Shown one piece after another: positions 63,340-64,000 of a stretch of DNA of 64,000 bases; position 1 is the stretch's first letter; the number at the start of each line of letters is the position of its first letter. A program made the translations under genes and the position numbers. The stretch covers positions 441,819 to 505,818 of the forward strand of contig NIVC01000303.1 of the NCBI GenBank assembly GCA_002269645.1. Direction: 5' to 3'. The notes below the pieces were generated by a model. That model saw only the letters and a program-made list of their open reading frames with translations, made no database searches and was not told where the DNA came from. This DNA is from Macrostomum lignano (taxonomy: Eukaryota).

Positions 63340-63848
63340 TCCTCCCCACTCCCTCTGCCCCACTTTCCCCCCACTCTGTCTACCTCACTCTCCTCCCCAC
63401 TCCCTCTGCCCCACTTTCCCCCACTCTGTCTACCTCACTCTCCTCCCCACTCCCTCTGCCCCACTTTCCCCCACTCTGTCTACCTCACTCTCCTCCCCAC
63501 TCCCTCTGCCCCACTTTCCCCCACTCTGTCTACCTCACTCTCCTCCCCACTCCCTCTGCCCCACTTTCCCCCACTCTGTCTACCTCACTCTCCTCCCCAC
63601 TCCCTCTGCCCCACTTTCCCCCACTCTGTCTACCTCACTCTCCTCCCCACTCCCTCTGCCCCACTTTCCCCCACTCTGTCTACCTCACTCTCCTCCCCAC
63701 TCCCTCTGCCCCACTTTCCCCCACTCTGTCTACCTCACTCTCCTCCCCACTCCCTCTGCCCCACTTTCCCCCACTCTGTCTACCTCACTCTCCTCCCCAC
63801 TCCCTCTGCCCCACTTTCCCCCACTCTGTCTACCTCACTCTCCTCCCT
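63340..63848. repeat. 50-bp C-rich minisatellite, ~10 near-perfect copies
   Basis: CACTTTCCCCCACTCTGTCTACCTCACTCTCCTCCCCACTCCCTCTGCCC repeats at 50-bp spacing. Confidence 0.95.
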
Positions 63849-64000
63849 TACTCCCTCACTCCCCCTCCTCCCCAACGGCCTCCATCCCACTCACTCCCTC
63901 TATCCCACTCTCTTCTCCCACTATACAATTAGTTAAATAATATTAATTTATATACCATTAATCCGGATAATTAATTACCTATTGAACGCGTTGAGTCAAT

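Overview
This is eukaryotic (animal) DNA, very rich in repeats and transposons, with GT-AG introns and no prokaryotic features. A flatworm such as Macrostomum is my inference from style only. Host genes I can support: (1) two paralogous three-exon rhodopsin-class GPCR genes in opposite orientation, at 19824-21213 (+, intact, 395 aa) and 35009-36342 (-, 1-bp frameshift); (2) a two-exon calmodulin-like gene at 61165-62571 (+); (3) the last two exons of an unidentified membrane-protein gene at 44484-45333 (-). The rest is a >5.8 kb CT pentamer satellite, about ten minisatellites, and layered mobile elements: LOA/Lian-like, RTE-like, ingi/I-like and jockey-like non-LTR pieces, three Gypsy relics, a solo LTR, a P-element transposase relic, Tc1, mariner, hAT MITEs, a 4.9 kb MULE, tRNA-derived SINEs and a broken Polinton/Maverick-type minor capsid gene. 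The most notable observations are a sharply bounded, almost CpG-free and TpA-enriched domain with datable insertions; a MITE family whose purine tract ranges from ~0.4 kb to >5.8 kb; GPCR divergence concentrated in the extracellular parts; an AP-1-rich solo LTR with an in-window empty-site control; and a frameshifted MBD-like segment. All counts were made by eye, and family assignments come from recalled motifs, not database searches.
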